A stretch of 64,000 nt of DNA, taken from IMG/VR virus record IMGVR_UViG_3300017987_000063, positions 1-64,000 of that record. One strand, given 5' to 3'. Below the pieces are notes generated by a model. It worked only from the letters and a program-made list of their open reading frames with translations. It ran no database searches and was not told the origin of the DNA. This document shows positions 37,406 through 47,600 of this stretch, piece after piece. Numbering within the stretch: the stretch's first letter is position 1; the number at the start of each line of letters is the position of its first letter. The DNA comes from a virus. The position numbers and the translations under genes are program-made.

Positions 37406-37691
37406 CTTGAACCTCGGCTACCACATTCTCCAATCTTCGCTTTAATTTCGCCCCCTCGCCGGACAGTTTATCCAGCGGGATCGGCATAACCGAATCCCAT
37501 GCAAGGGCAAAATATTCTGACATTGCCTTCCGCGCTTCCTGCGGGGTAGCTCCGCGTCCTAATATCGGCCAGTCCGCCATCTGGCACACCCATTGACCGG
37601 CCTCACGCTTAAACTCCAGCAGGATGGCCTGTTTAAATACCCATAAGCGGCTTTTATGCCGCAGGGCCACTATTTTCTTATCCTGCTCCAC
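37395..37691 (-). CDS. HicB-like fold protein
   Basis: WVCQ..DWPILGRGATPQEA. Confidence 0.5.
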   Translation of the reverse strand: MEQDKKIVALRHKSRLWVFKQAILLEFKREAGQWVCQMADWPILGRGATPQEARKAMSEYFALAWDSVMPIPLDKLSGEGAKLKRRLENVVAEVQDGA

Positions 37692-38086
37692 CTTTGATTT
37701 ATTTTACCGGGCGGCATGGTTACCTATTTCAGAAGGCTTTCACTCCAATCAATGTTACTTCATCCCGTATCACCGGGGTAGCCTCGCATTGAAATTCAGT
37801 GAATCGGGCCGCGACCATACCTTGTTTATTCCTGTAGGAACCCGGTTTATACTCTGCGCAATCACTTGCGCTTTACAGTTCGGTCTCCACCAGCCCCTCA
37901 AGGCTCTTTAACACCGCCTCAATGGGGAGGTTAAGGCAGGCGAAGTCTTCGCCGCGCCGTAAGTTCACCGGCATCCGAGGCCCCTCATAGCTGAAGGTGC
38001 CGTCCATCTCAAGTTCCATATAGCTTATTGTCCACTCCATTTTCCTGTCCTCCTTTATCCTTTTACTATTATTATAGCATATATAT

Positions 38087-39031
38087 TTAAAATGTCAATA
38101 CCTCTGGCCGGAAAAAGTGCGCTTTTTCCAATATTTCTCGCGCCTCTTCCATCGAACACTCGGCAGGGTCTTTACGGGGGTACAGATATGCCGCTTCTTC
38201 CACCGGAATGCGCCTGTAAAGGGCTTTTCCTATGCGCCCCGCTGCTTCCTTACCCGGCCCATCGTTATCAAGGAATAACACCACTGGGCAGCCCCATTCA
38301 ACCAGTTTTTGCTCCTTCTGCACCGTAAGAGAGGAGCCCATGAGCCCTAAAATATCAAACTCAGGCAGTTTCCACTGCCACAGCTTTAAAACGTCCATAA
38401 GCCCCTCAACCAGCACAATCTTAGGCTTTCCTTCTAGTTTCCATTCCCCATAAAAATGAAGCCGCTTTTTCAGCCCAAGCAGTCCCTTATAGCGGGGTCG
38501 GGTCTTACTTGGTTTCAAGAGCCTGCCCTCCGCGCCCACGAGCTTGCCGCTTTCGTCCCGCACCGGAAATACCACTCGTCCATCGGACTCGGCGATTCTG
38601 ATACCCCATTCTTTAGCCGTATCAAAGTAAACCCCCCGGTTCAGGATATAATTCGGCACCGCCTTCCGATAACCGGACAGAATCTCCTCCTCAAGTTCGG
38701 GGTCTGTGACTGATGGAGCGGCGACACTGCCCGGCCCCATGCGCTCGTTAAGCTCCACAAACTCCATAAGCTCCGGCAGTGACTTCTTACCGAACCACTC
38801 CAGCTTTCGCACCATCGTTCGCAGGTTCCGACCTTTATGCCCGCATGTAAAGCAGTTAAATGGGCTGGCACCCCCTTCCACGGCCTTAATTCCCATCGAG
38901 GGATGCCTGTCCTCTCCATCTTCATGCGTCCACCGGGCAAGTGGGCACTCCATCGTGTACTCAGGCTCCGATGCCCGTACCCGCTTCGCACCGATTAACT
39001 CTAGGAATGTTTCAATATCCGATGCTTTCAT
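38087..39031 (-). CDS. DNA primase (Zn finger + TOPRIM)
   Basis: CP...H...CFTC, VLVEGLMD, FLDND. Confidence 0.9.
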   Translation of the reverse strand: MKASDIETFLELIGAKRVRASEPEYTMECPLARWTHEDGEDRHPSMGIKAVEGGASPFNCFTCGHKGRNLRTMVRKLEWFGKKSLPELMEFVELNERMGPGSVAAPSVTDPELEEEILSGYRKAVPNYILNRGVYFDTAKEWGIRIAESDGRVVFPVRDESGKLVGAEGRLLKPSKTRPRYKGLLGLKKRLHFYGEWKLEGKPKIVLVEGLMDVLKLWQWKLPEFDILGLMGSSLTVQKEQKLVEWGCPVVLFLDNDGPGKEAAGRIGKALYRRIPVEEAAYLYPRKDPAECSMEEAREILEKAHFFRPEVLTF

Positions 39032-39321
39032 GTTTACCTCAATGTTTCACGTGAAACAATTGGAAAAAAGCCGTTTAAAATCAAGACCTTCCGAGAATAA
39101 AACCCGCAATTGCGACAGGCTTTAAACCCACGCGCAGCATATTTTTAATCACCGCGATGGCATCCGTACTTAGACCCGTAGGATCTTCCCGCCAATCATG
39201 ATTCCGGATCGCCGTACAGGTGTCTGCGCAGGCCCGCGCACCCCACTGGACGTTATGGTTGAGGAAGCCATCTATCCACTCCTCAAGATGCCGGGCGACC
39301 CGCTCGGCTGCGACTTTAAGC

Positions 39322-39723
39322 TTATTTTGTCCCTTCGTGAGACCCACAGTTACATCCTCCTTCCTTCTCGACAAATACGTCCGCCATGCCCAGCGACGCC
39401 ACACCGTCACCCGCATCCTCCTCCAGCAGGGTAAGGAAGATAAAGAGATAGTTTATCATGTCCACCACCCTGCCTTCCACCGGCTCGCTGCGTACCTCTC
39501 TATCGTTGAGCCATGTTAAAAGGGCATCGAAGTGTTTCAGGAAGTAAACCGCCCACACGTCAATCGGGTCAATATTCCGGCCTTCCAGCCGCTTTGCGCC
39601 CTCCTTAAAGTTGTTATTCGCGTCCTTACCCTGCGTATAATCATGGCCTTTGGTCTCCAGCAGGGGAACGCACTTCTGCATGAAAGTCTCCTTGATTTTT
39701 TCAAGCCGTGTCTTCGCGTCCAT
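39322..39723 (-). CDS. All-alpha nucleotide-modification-associated / MazG-like domain
   Basis: KGHDY...NF...DMINY. Confidence 0.6.
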   Translation of the reverse strand: MDAKTRLEKIKETFMQKCVPLLETKGHDYTQGKDANNNFKEGAKRLEGRNIDPIDVWAVYFLKHFDALLTWLNDREVRSEPVEGRVVDMINYLFIFLTLLEEDAGDGVASLGMADVFVEKEGGCNCGSHEGTK

Positions 39724-40538
39724 GTCTACTCCTTTCCATTAAATTTTCCCGCATAGCCCCAATATGCGCCTTTTGCCCGCAATAGGGGCACCGAATATTC
39801 CACCTGTCCGCCCTATGTTCAAACTCAGTCCCGCACGTGCAGGCTATCTTGAGCATATTAACCTGCGGAGTCCAGCGGGCATCCAGTATCTTCATTTGAC
39901 CCATAATCGGTAACCTCAAATTTGGTATTGGGGCAATAGGCATGTAAAGCCACCGCCACGTTATCCTTGTTTAGCCAGAACTCCTCGTCTGGCCAATCCC
40001 ATTTTATTTTTATCACTATTTTAGGCATGTTCTCACCTCCTTATGTTTTTCAAATAAGCCCTGCACCGCAAAAAAGGGCATCCATTCACGTCAAACTCTC
40101 CGGTAAACTCCAGCGCGGTCTCTATTGGCTTGGGACACTGGCCATTTTTATTGAAAATGCAATCCAGCATCGGGCAACGGGCAGTGGGCCGCCTACTCGT
40201 CTCGATTAAAATATCGCTGAAGCACTGTTCGCAATAAGCCGCCCCCTCTACCAGCTTATCCCCGCAGTTGTTACAGTTACCTTCTATTTCTCGCATCGTG
40301 TGCCTCCTGTATTCCTATGACATTCTTAACCCAATTTTTAAATCCATCCAGCCCTTTCACGAATATATCTTCCTGCTCAAATATAACCCCCTCAATATAC
40401 TCCAGCTTTACGTCAAAATATCCGCGAGGATTCGGAGGATGTTTTACCCTCCAGTAAATCAAGCGGTCGCGTTCGTCCCAAAATTCCTCGCAGTCCAGAT
40501 TCTCCAGCATGTAATCAATGGCTTCCCGTATCTCCGGC

Positions 40539-43109
40539 TCAATAATCAAGGGGCTCTTCCTCGCCGATTTCAATATCGTCCGGCACCCCTTTTACAAGGC
40601 TGTCCCCCTCCCTGCCGACCAGCCCTGTCTCGGTAAAGTCATTATCCATAAAATTCCAGTTTAACAGGAACTCCACAAGCTCGTCCTCCCTGTTTTTAAG
40701 CAGCCGAACCAGCATAGTCTTATCCGTCAAGTGGTCTTGATTGCGGAACAGGGCGAGGATAACATCCGCGTTCTGTGGCAGCCTGTCGCTCAACCCGACG
40801 TTCTCCATCCCCGCCCGCAGGCTTTTAAGGTTGACCTGCTTATTGAACTGGGCAGTAATCGCCACCGGAACATGCTGCCTGTGCGCCATCAGGGTAATAT
40901 CATCCGCGATATTCGTAACCCGCTCCCACATTGAAGTGGCCTTTTTCCAATCCATAAACAGGTAAACACCATCCACGAACACAATATCCGGCTTCGTAGC
41001 ATTCACCACCCGCTCCACGTCCGGCACCGTGCTTACATCCTCTGCACCGATCATGTGTAGTCCGCCCTTACCGGCCAGTAAATCCAGCGCATCCCATAAT
41101 TTTTTCTCGTCAAAGGCTCCGAGCGTTCCCTTCCTTAGCCTGTGGTGTGGGACACCCGCTAAAATGGCATAAAACCGGCGAATCATGGCTATCTTGCTCA
41201 TTTCCATCGTCACAATCAGCACTTTTTTACCCATCTGCCATGCCGCCCACGCCAGAAACAGCAGGAAAAAGGTGTTGTGGGCGACCAGACCATTGGCGAC
41301 AAAATTATGAGTTTCCAACACCGTAAAATCGAACACTCTTCTTTCACCCACATTCTGTACCTTTTCCACCCGATCCCATATTATGTCAGGACTGCTCAAC
41401 CATTCAAATTCGTGGAGTAGCCCCTTATTAGCTCTTATCAAGCCTTGAAACATTCTCCGGCTAACCCTTCCCGAATTGTGCTTATTCAAAAACTCGCGAG
41501 CCCCCCACCGCCGGGGGTTTGTTAGCCCCAAGCACTTTGCGGCCTTTGTAAATAGCCCCTCTCTGTCCGCTGGCCGAACCCCCTTATGTTTGCGGTTTAC
41601 TTTAGCTATTGTAATGATTCTTTCCCTTATCTCTTTGCTTACTGGAACAGCATCAATATTTGGATTGCAACTGGGATTTAGTTTCGCCAACGCCGTACTT
41701 TTCGGGCCGGGAATGTCGGTAAATACAGTTTTAAATGCCTCCCGCGACGTACTGTCAACGATAAACTCCCATGACTTGAATTTCCGGCCATTACAGCGGC
41801 TTATTTTCACTCGTTTCCTGCCGCTGATCCCGAAACGCATTAACAGCTTTTGAATATCGTCAATCATTCCCTCCGATCCCAGTCCAATGCCTATGCAGCC
41901 GCGCTTATCGATATAACCATCTCCAGCCCATAACACCTCAATAAAGCGGATCAAAGTTTTATATGGAAGCCGGAACACCCCTACCGGCACTCTTTTTTCG
42001 GTCGCCTTCTCGTGCCCCAGTCCATATTTTTTCAATAATTTCGCCCTGATATTCCCTTTAATACCATAGTCATATTTGCCATGCTTCCGCTTATGTATCT
42101 CACATCCGATTGCGGATGCCGCCTTTTTCACAACGCTTAAAAAAGCGGCACATCCGCTTGTAATGGTGACACTGCTCCCTGTATAACCGCCTTCGGATAA
42201 TAGGGCCGCTAATAATTCAACCTCGCCAATAGGCTGATTCACCGGCATCTCTGGCTCCGGCACCATCTTGGCTGCCGCTATATAATCTTCCTGCTGCAAC
42301 TCCGATGCCTTGGCCCAGCCTCGCTGTGTCAAAAAGGGATGCTCCGGCGTTACTGTAATGCGCCGACCAGAACGTGTTTCAACCTCGACACACGCCTTAA
42401 TTCCGGTATCCAGATGGGCGAATGGTTTAACAGATTTAAACCGCCCTCCTGCTTTTTCAAAAGTTAGCAGCTTACGTTGCTCGTGAACAGCGTCCTTCGC
42501 GCTCGGCCACTCCCCCGTTAAAGGGTCATAGATAGGTGTATCTTCGGCAACGCATTTCCCCGTACCCGGTCGGGCAACTATCAGGATGGTTTCCCCCTCA
42601 TGCCAGCCGTAAGTAGCCTCGTTTAAAGTCCCCCACGGAGTAATGATGCCGTCCGGCCCGCCGATTTTCTTGATAAGCTCGTACCTGTCCCGCTGGAGTT
42701 TTACCGTAGATTTTGCCATAACGTCCAGCACGATCTCCGAAGTCGCCCCGATCCTCGCCGCCGCCGTCCCGGTATCCGTCAGCCCGCGCCGTGCCGCCGC
42801 GAAGTCCCCCCTGCGGATTGCTGCCTCAACGCTTCCAATACCCTCCAGCATAACGCTTCGGGTCTCGCGCTCCAGCATTTTATCAACGTAGTACTCCAGA
42901 GGCTCAAGAGCTTCCTCAACCTCAAACGAGTAATCCGTCTTTAGCGCGGTCTCCGTGGGCATGGTGCCGTATTTCTTCCGGTGTTCAAGGATGTGTTCAA
43001 GAGTTCTTCGATGGTCTTTGAAGAAGTCCGGCGATACCCCGCGCTCACTCAGGAGTTCAAGCCGGGGATCGGCCAGCAGTCTCGTTATTATCTGCCGTTC
43101 AAGCCCCAT
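40539..43109 (-). CDS. dnaB: DnaB-like replicative helicase with intein
   Basis: ARPGTGK|T, TMEM, FVDG, AQFN, LKNRE. Confidence 0.9.
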   Translation of the reverse strand: MGLERQIITRLLADPRLELLSERGVSPDFFKDHRRTLEHILEHRKKYGTMPTETALKTDYSFEVEEALEPLEYYVDKMLERETRSVMLEGIGSVEAAIRRGDFAAARRGLTDTGTAAARIGATSEIVLDVMAKSTVKLQRDRYELIKKIGGPDGIITPWGTLNEATYGWHEGETILIVARPGTGKCVAEDTPIYDPLTGEWPSAKDAVHEQRKLLTFEKAGGRFKSVKPFAHLDTGIKACVEVETRSGRRITVTPEHPFLTQRGWAKASELQQEDYIAAAKMVPEPEMPVNQPIGEVELLAALLSEGGYTGSSVTITSGCAAFLSVVKKAASAIGCEIHKRKHGKYDYGIKGNIRAKLLKKYGLGHEKATEKRVPVGVFRLPYKTLIRFIEVLWAGDGYIDKRGCIGIGLGSEGMIDDIQKLLMRFGISGRKRVKISRCNGRKFKSWEFIVDSTSREAFKTVFTDIPGPKSTALAKLNPSCNPNIDAVPVSKEIRERIITIAKVNRKHKGVRPADREGLFTKAAKCLGLTNPRRWGAREFLNKHNSGRVSRRMFQGLIRANKGLLHEFEWLSSPDIIWDRVEKVQNVGERRVFDFTVLETHNFVANGLVAHNTFFLLFLAWAAWQMGKKVLIVTMEMSKIAMIRRFYAILAGVPHHRLRKGTLGAFDEKKLWDALDLLAGKGGLHMIGAEDVSTVPDVERVVNATKPDIVFVDGVYLFMDWKKATSMWERVTNIADDITLMAHRQHVPVAITAQFNKQVNLKSLRAGMENVGLSDRLPQNADVILALFRNQDHLTDKTMLVRLLKNREDELVEFLLNWNFMDNDFTETGLVGREGDSLVKGVPDDIEIGEEEPLDY
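41274..42554 (-). mobile_element. Intein (427 aa) with LAGLIDADG endonuclease at the P-loop
   Basis: CVAEDTPI, VTPEHPF, LLAALLSEG, LWAGDG, VAHN followed by Thr. Confidence 0.92.
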
Positions 43110-43725
43110 TCTCCGCTCCTATCGTAGCCGTTTTGCGCCACTGAACGCCTTTAAGCTCCAGCATTACCGCGCTTTCCATTAAAAGCGCCATGAAAGACTG
43201 GCTGTAACCCGCTTTTAAAAGGCCGGAAGGCGCGACATTCGTGGTTATCAAGGTAATCTGTAGGTTCTGCGCCCGCGCCCTTATAATTTCCTCAACTGTG
43301 GCCTCTGTAAAGCCGGACGCGGCCTTGTATTCCTTGCCGAGGTCGTCTATTACCAGAACGTCCACATCTAAAGCCCTGTCGTACCACGTGCCGCCCTCAT
43401 CAAACTCCCGCTTGGCGATAATCATATCCCGAAGCTCCCCCGCCCTGACAAATAAAGCCGTGTAGCCCCTGCGCCGGTACTCTTTGGCGATGGCTATAGC
43501 CGCCGAGGTCTTTCCGGTTCCATTATCCCCCCACAGCACAATTCCTAATCCATCCCCATAATTATCGCGCTCAAGATACTCGATCAAGGTCTTCTTGTGT
43601 GTGGCTGTATCGGGAATTTGGGAAATGGAAACACCGTAGAACCTGCGGCCTACATGCATCCGCTCATAATCAGCTTGCTGGAGCTTCCGCCTTTTCATCC
43701 TGTCCTGCTCCTCGTTCCCATCCAA
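43099..43725 (-). CDS. DnaC/IstB-like helicase loader ATPase
   Basis: GDNGTGKT, LVIDDLGKE, ITTN. Confidence 0.85.
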   Translation of the reverse strand: MDGNEEQDRMKRRKLQQADYERMHVGRRFYGVSISQIPDTATHKKTLIEYLERDNYGDGLGIVLWGDNGTGKTSAAIAIAKEYRRRGYTALFVRAGELRDMIIAKREFDEGGTWYDRALDVDVLVIDDLGKEYKAASGFTEATVEEIIRARAQNLQITLITTNVAPSGLLKAGYSQSFMALLMESAVMLELKGVQWRKTATIGAENGA

Positions 43726-44689
43726 GTATCTTCATAAGGTCTTCCACTGTCTCTCCAGCCGTGGCGGGGTCATATTCCCGCGCCGCTCGTGGGTCACGCT
43801 TTTCCGGTATATCCCCCTTCTCCCTGTAGTATTTTATAGTCTCCCGGAAGCCAAGTATAATCCCAGGAGTAGGGTATAAGGCGCTCACGCCGATGGCTTT
43901 ATACAGTTTATGCCAGCACTCAAAGGTAAAAGTTATCAATAAAACCGCCTCAACCGGCCCCATAATGTCGTAAAACTTATTCAACTGCCCTGCCTCCTTG
44001 CCGGTAAGACCGCCGCTAACATCCGCAGTTAACTCTCTCTGCTTGGCATACAAGGCCCGAATATCCGCCTTTGTGTAGTCATGAATCTCTTTTATTACTG
44101 GTTCTCTAGGAGACTTAACCCTCTTTGCCTTTTTACCCTGTCTTTTAACTCTTGCCGCCGTTGCCCTATTTTTACCCCGCTGGAGAGCTTGCGCAAGTGA
44201 TTGCGCCTTCCCATCGGCGTGCGCCCGTAAGGGCGTCTCGCTATGTTCTTCATCTTTGTTTGTTTTTATTAAAGATTTATCTTTAATATCTTGTATTATT
44301 ATGTCACGCACCTGCGATGGAACGTATTCCTTATCCTGCGATGGAATACGTTCCATTATCTCTGATGGAATAAAGGCGGGTAATTTATGGTCTATAAGCC
44401 CCGTTTCCTGTGTTAATCCCAGCCCTCTTCTGGTGGTTGAAATTATACCCATTTCCCTGAGTTTGCGGTATGCTCTATCAATAGTAGGCACAGATAACCC
44501 TAACCTATCTGCCAGAGTTTTATGGCCAACAATGCACTTGGATTTTTTGCCATAGCAATAGGTCGTAAGAGCTACATAGACTTGGCAGGTAGTAGGGTCA
44601 AGCGAAAAAATAACGTCTGGATGGACTTTTGCAAATCGCTTTAGTGTTCGCTCGTTATCTTTTTTTGCATCCTTTTTTTGCTTTTTCAT
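43670..44689 (-). CDS. Replication initiator with N-terminal HTH
   Basis: TLADRLGLSVPTIDRAYRKLREMGII; upstream of loader and helicase. Confidence 0.7.
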   Translation of the reverse strand: MKKQKKDAKKDNERTLKRFAKVHPDVIFSLDPTTCQVYVALTTYCYGKKSKCIVGHKTLADRLGLSVPTIDRAYRKLREMGIISTTRRGLGLTQETGLIDHKLPAFIPSEIMERIPSQDKEYVPSQVRDIIIQDIKDKSLIKTNKDEEHSETPLRAHADGKAQSLAQALQRGKNRATAARVKRQGKKAKRVKSPREPVIKEIHDYTKADIRALYAKQRELTADVSGGLTGKEAGQLNKFYDIMGPVEAVLLITFTFECWHKLYKAIGVSALYPTPGIILGFRETIKYYREKGDIPEKRDPRAAREYDPATAGETVEDLMKILGWERGAGQDEKAEAPAS

Positions 44690-47600
44690 TTATTTTTCCC
44701 CCGCTTCCTCGCTGGAGGGGTCTCCTCTTCCTGCTCCTCTACGGCTTTTTGCAATACATAAGGAGGCGCCCCTTCACGAATTAAAAGGCGCAAATAATCC
44801 GCGTCGGTCTCTGCCTGCAAAATCAGACCTTCTTTTATAAGCGTCCGCTCAAATTCTGCAATAACATTGCCTGTAATGTAGCGGTAGCCATTTACCTCTT
44901 TAAAAAGTTTAGCCCATGCCCTTCCAAGTTCCAGCCGTATTCCTTCATCTTCACAACCTCGTGCAGCATCGTAAAGAGGGTCGAGCGCGAAGGCATCCGC
45001 AAATTCCCTAAAAACCGGATCGTCATTTCCTTTTTTGTGTAGTCTGAAGATTATCGAAAGCTCGTTCTTCCGCCATTCTAGCTCAACTTTAATTGGGATA
45101 ATATCGGTAAGCGTATCTGTAGGCATACAACCTCCTTCTCCTTAAATAATGAAGCCCGCCGAGGGCAGCAAAATGATGGGTAGAAAAGGTGCGCTACACT
45201 CCCGGCGGGCTTTTGATTTTCTTTATGTATCCACCCATCGTTCGGAAGCATAGCATCCCGTGCCGCGCATGTCAAGTAAAAAATCAGCAATGGGGGCAAT
45301 TTTCCTCATCAGTATCGAAAAGAAGCATATCCATAAGCATTTCTTCCTTAGCTTCCAGATAGGTCTTTCGCTGCATTTTATTGGGATACAGGCTATCAAC
45401 CACCTTTTTTGCCGCCTGTTTTAAAGGGCACTTGTCGCTGTTTACGTCCGGACATTTATCACAACCTTCCGGCCCCGCGCACCCGCTGAAGTCAATTAGG
45501 TCTTTCATTAAGCCTCTCCTTCCACCAGTTTCATGGCTCTGGTAACCAGCGGCTTTCCAACCACCCACCCGCAGGGCATTGTATGCGCGAAGGCTTTGCC
45601 GCGCCTGTACGCCTTGTCTGCATGGGTAATGGCTTTCGCTATACGCTCGGCCTCGGCTATACAGTCTTCACAGCCCACCAGCGGGTCGCCGCAGTTTGAC
45701 CCTTTCGTGGCTCCGAGCTTCCAGCATTTACGCATCCCGAAGTTTTTAGCCCTCATTTCATCCTTGCCCTCCGGAACCCCGTTCGTCCCGAAGAATTTAT
45801 CCAGCTTCTCAAGATTCGGTAATCCTATCATTGTCCTGTCCTCCTTTTTAGTTTCGGCCTCATAAAAGACCTTGTTATAAATCTCGTAAACCTTATCCTC
45901 CGCCGCTGTCTGCCCGTATCCTACTATATACCGGCCTATGGTTATGGCGAAGCCTATTATCCTTTCCCTTACCGCCGTATCGTCCACCTCGCGGAACCCT
46001 TTGCCGGTGGCCATTCTGAACATGGTCATAAAGTATTTTTTTAACGCCCGTGCGAAGGTAACCCCTTCTTCACAGTCCTTTTTCAGCAGGATGGCCATGT
46101 TACGCACCCGCCTGTTACCCTCTGGAGTAAACATGCTCCACTCGGTCGGTACGTTTATTTTCTTATGTATTGCTCTCATGTCCTGTCCCCCTTATACTAT
46201 TATTATAGCATATATTTTTATAATGTCAAGTCTTTTCATAGCACTTTCGCCAGAAAAATGCAAGACCAGCGAAAAAATTTTTCGTGGGTCGGTTTTTGCG
46301 GTATCCGAAAAAAGTAATGCCCCTCTTGGACATTGAGGGGCATTTTAAGGAGGGGGTATAAAAACGAGCCGTTATTTTATGGCTCTGAGAGAAGCCTGCT
46401 CACGCGGAATATCCGTCTGCAGCCGACCAAGTCGGTTACAGTGAATTACTTGGAAGCCATCCCGCTCGGCGCAAGAATACTGTGGGCCTTCCCAATGGCG
46501 CGGAATGGCCTTGTAACAACCAGCCGGAGCGATTTGAGCGCACGGCCCTGCACAAGTCTTCATACATCCTCGCATCATTTTAACCGGCATTTCTGCCTCC
46601 TGATTAAAAATATAACATACATCCCGCCACTTGTCAACCCCCGATGCGCCTTGTGACGGGTCGCGGTGCCTAGTGGAGTCCATCTGCCTTCTCCTCCTTC
46701 ATTTGCAGATAGGCCGCCGCAATCTCTGTCATGTGCGCCGCCGAAAAGCCTATTAGGTACATGGCAATCTCCCGCGAATTGCAGCCATGCTTCCACAAGG
46801 GCATCAGGTAGGGAATATTCGCCCGCGCCTCGTCCATTTCCATCATGCGCTCAATCAGCTTGGCATAAGTCATCCACGGTTCCTCTCCCGTATGCTCAAA
46901 CTGCTTTTTCAGTTGGGACATGGCTCCGAGAACACGTTTAGTCAGTTTTTCGCTCATTGGCATCATCCTTAAAGCTGTCGGGCAGGCACAAATTGCACTC
47001 TCCTTCGCCTCGCATGATTTTAATGGCCTCTTCCCCGTGCTTCTCGGCAATAATCCTGTCCACCTCTTTCATATCGTTCCAGAACTTATCGCGCACCTCG
47101 TCCGTAACCCTGCCAACGAAGTCCTTCTTCTCCACAGACCATATCAATGGCCCGCATAAAACGTGTGCATCCGGATGAATTGCGTGGATAAGCTCCAGAC
47201 GCTTTTCCTCCCAGTCCGCGTTGACCACCTTCATTTCCTTGCGGACATGCTCCAGCAGCACCGGTATTGCGCCTCGCTCAAACACATCCTGCGTGGCATC
47301 CATGATTTTTTTCCGCACATCGGTCAACTGTGCGTCACGCTCCGTCGTAAGCGTCCCAGCGAAGCTCCCATTGCGCCTGTACTGTTCCAGCCCATCCAGC
47401 ACCAGCCCAAACTCCTCCGCGTCAAGCTCCAGTATTACAAGATCGCTCATGTTGCCTCCTTTTTAGGGTGGGGGGCTTGCAGGGAATCTCACCCTGACAC
47501 CGGGTAGCTATGCCGGTATTGGCCACAAGCCCCCATAAAATTTAAAGCGTCCGGTCTCTCACCGAATCGGTCATGGCCACTCCCGTTTTTACCGGCCTGT

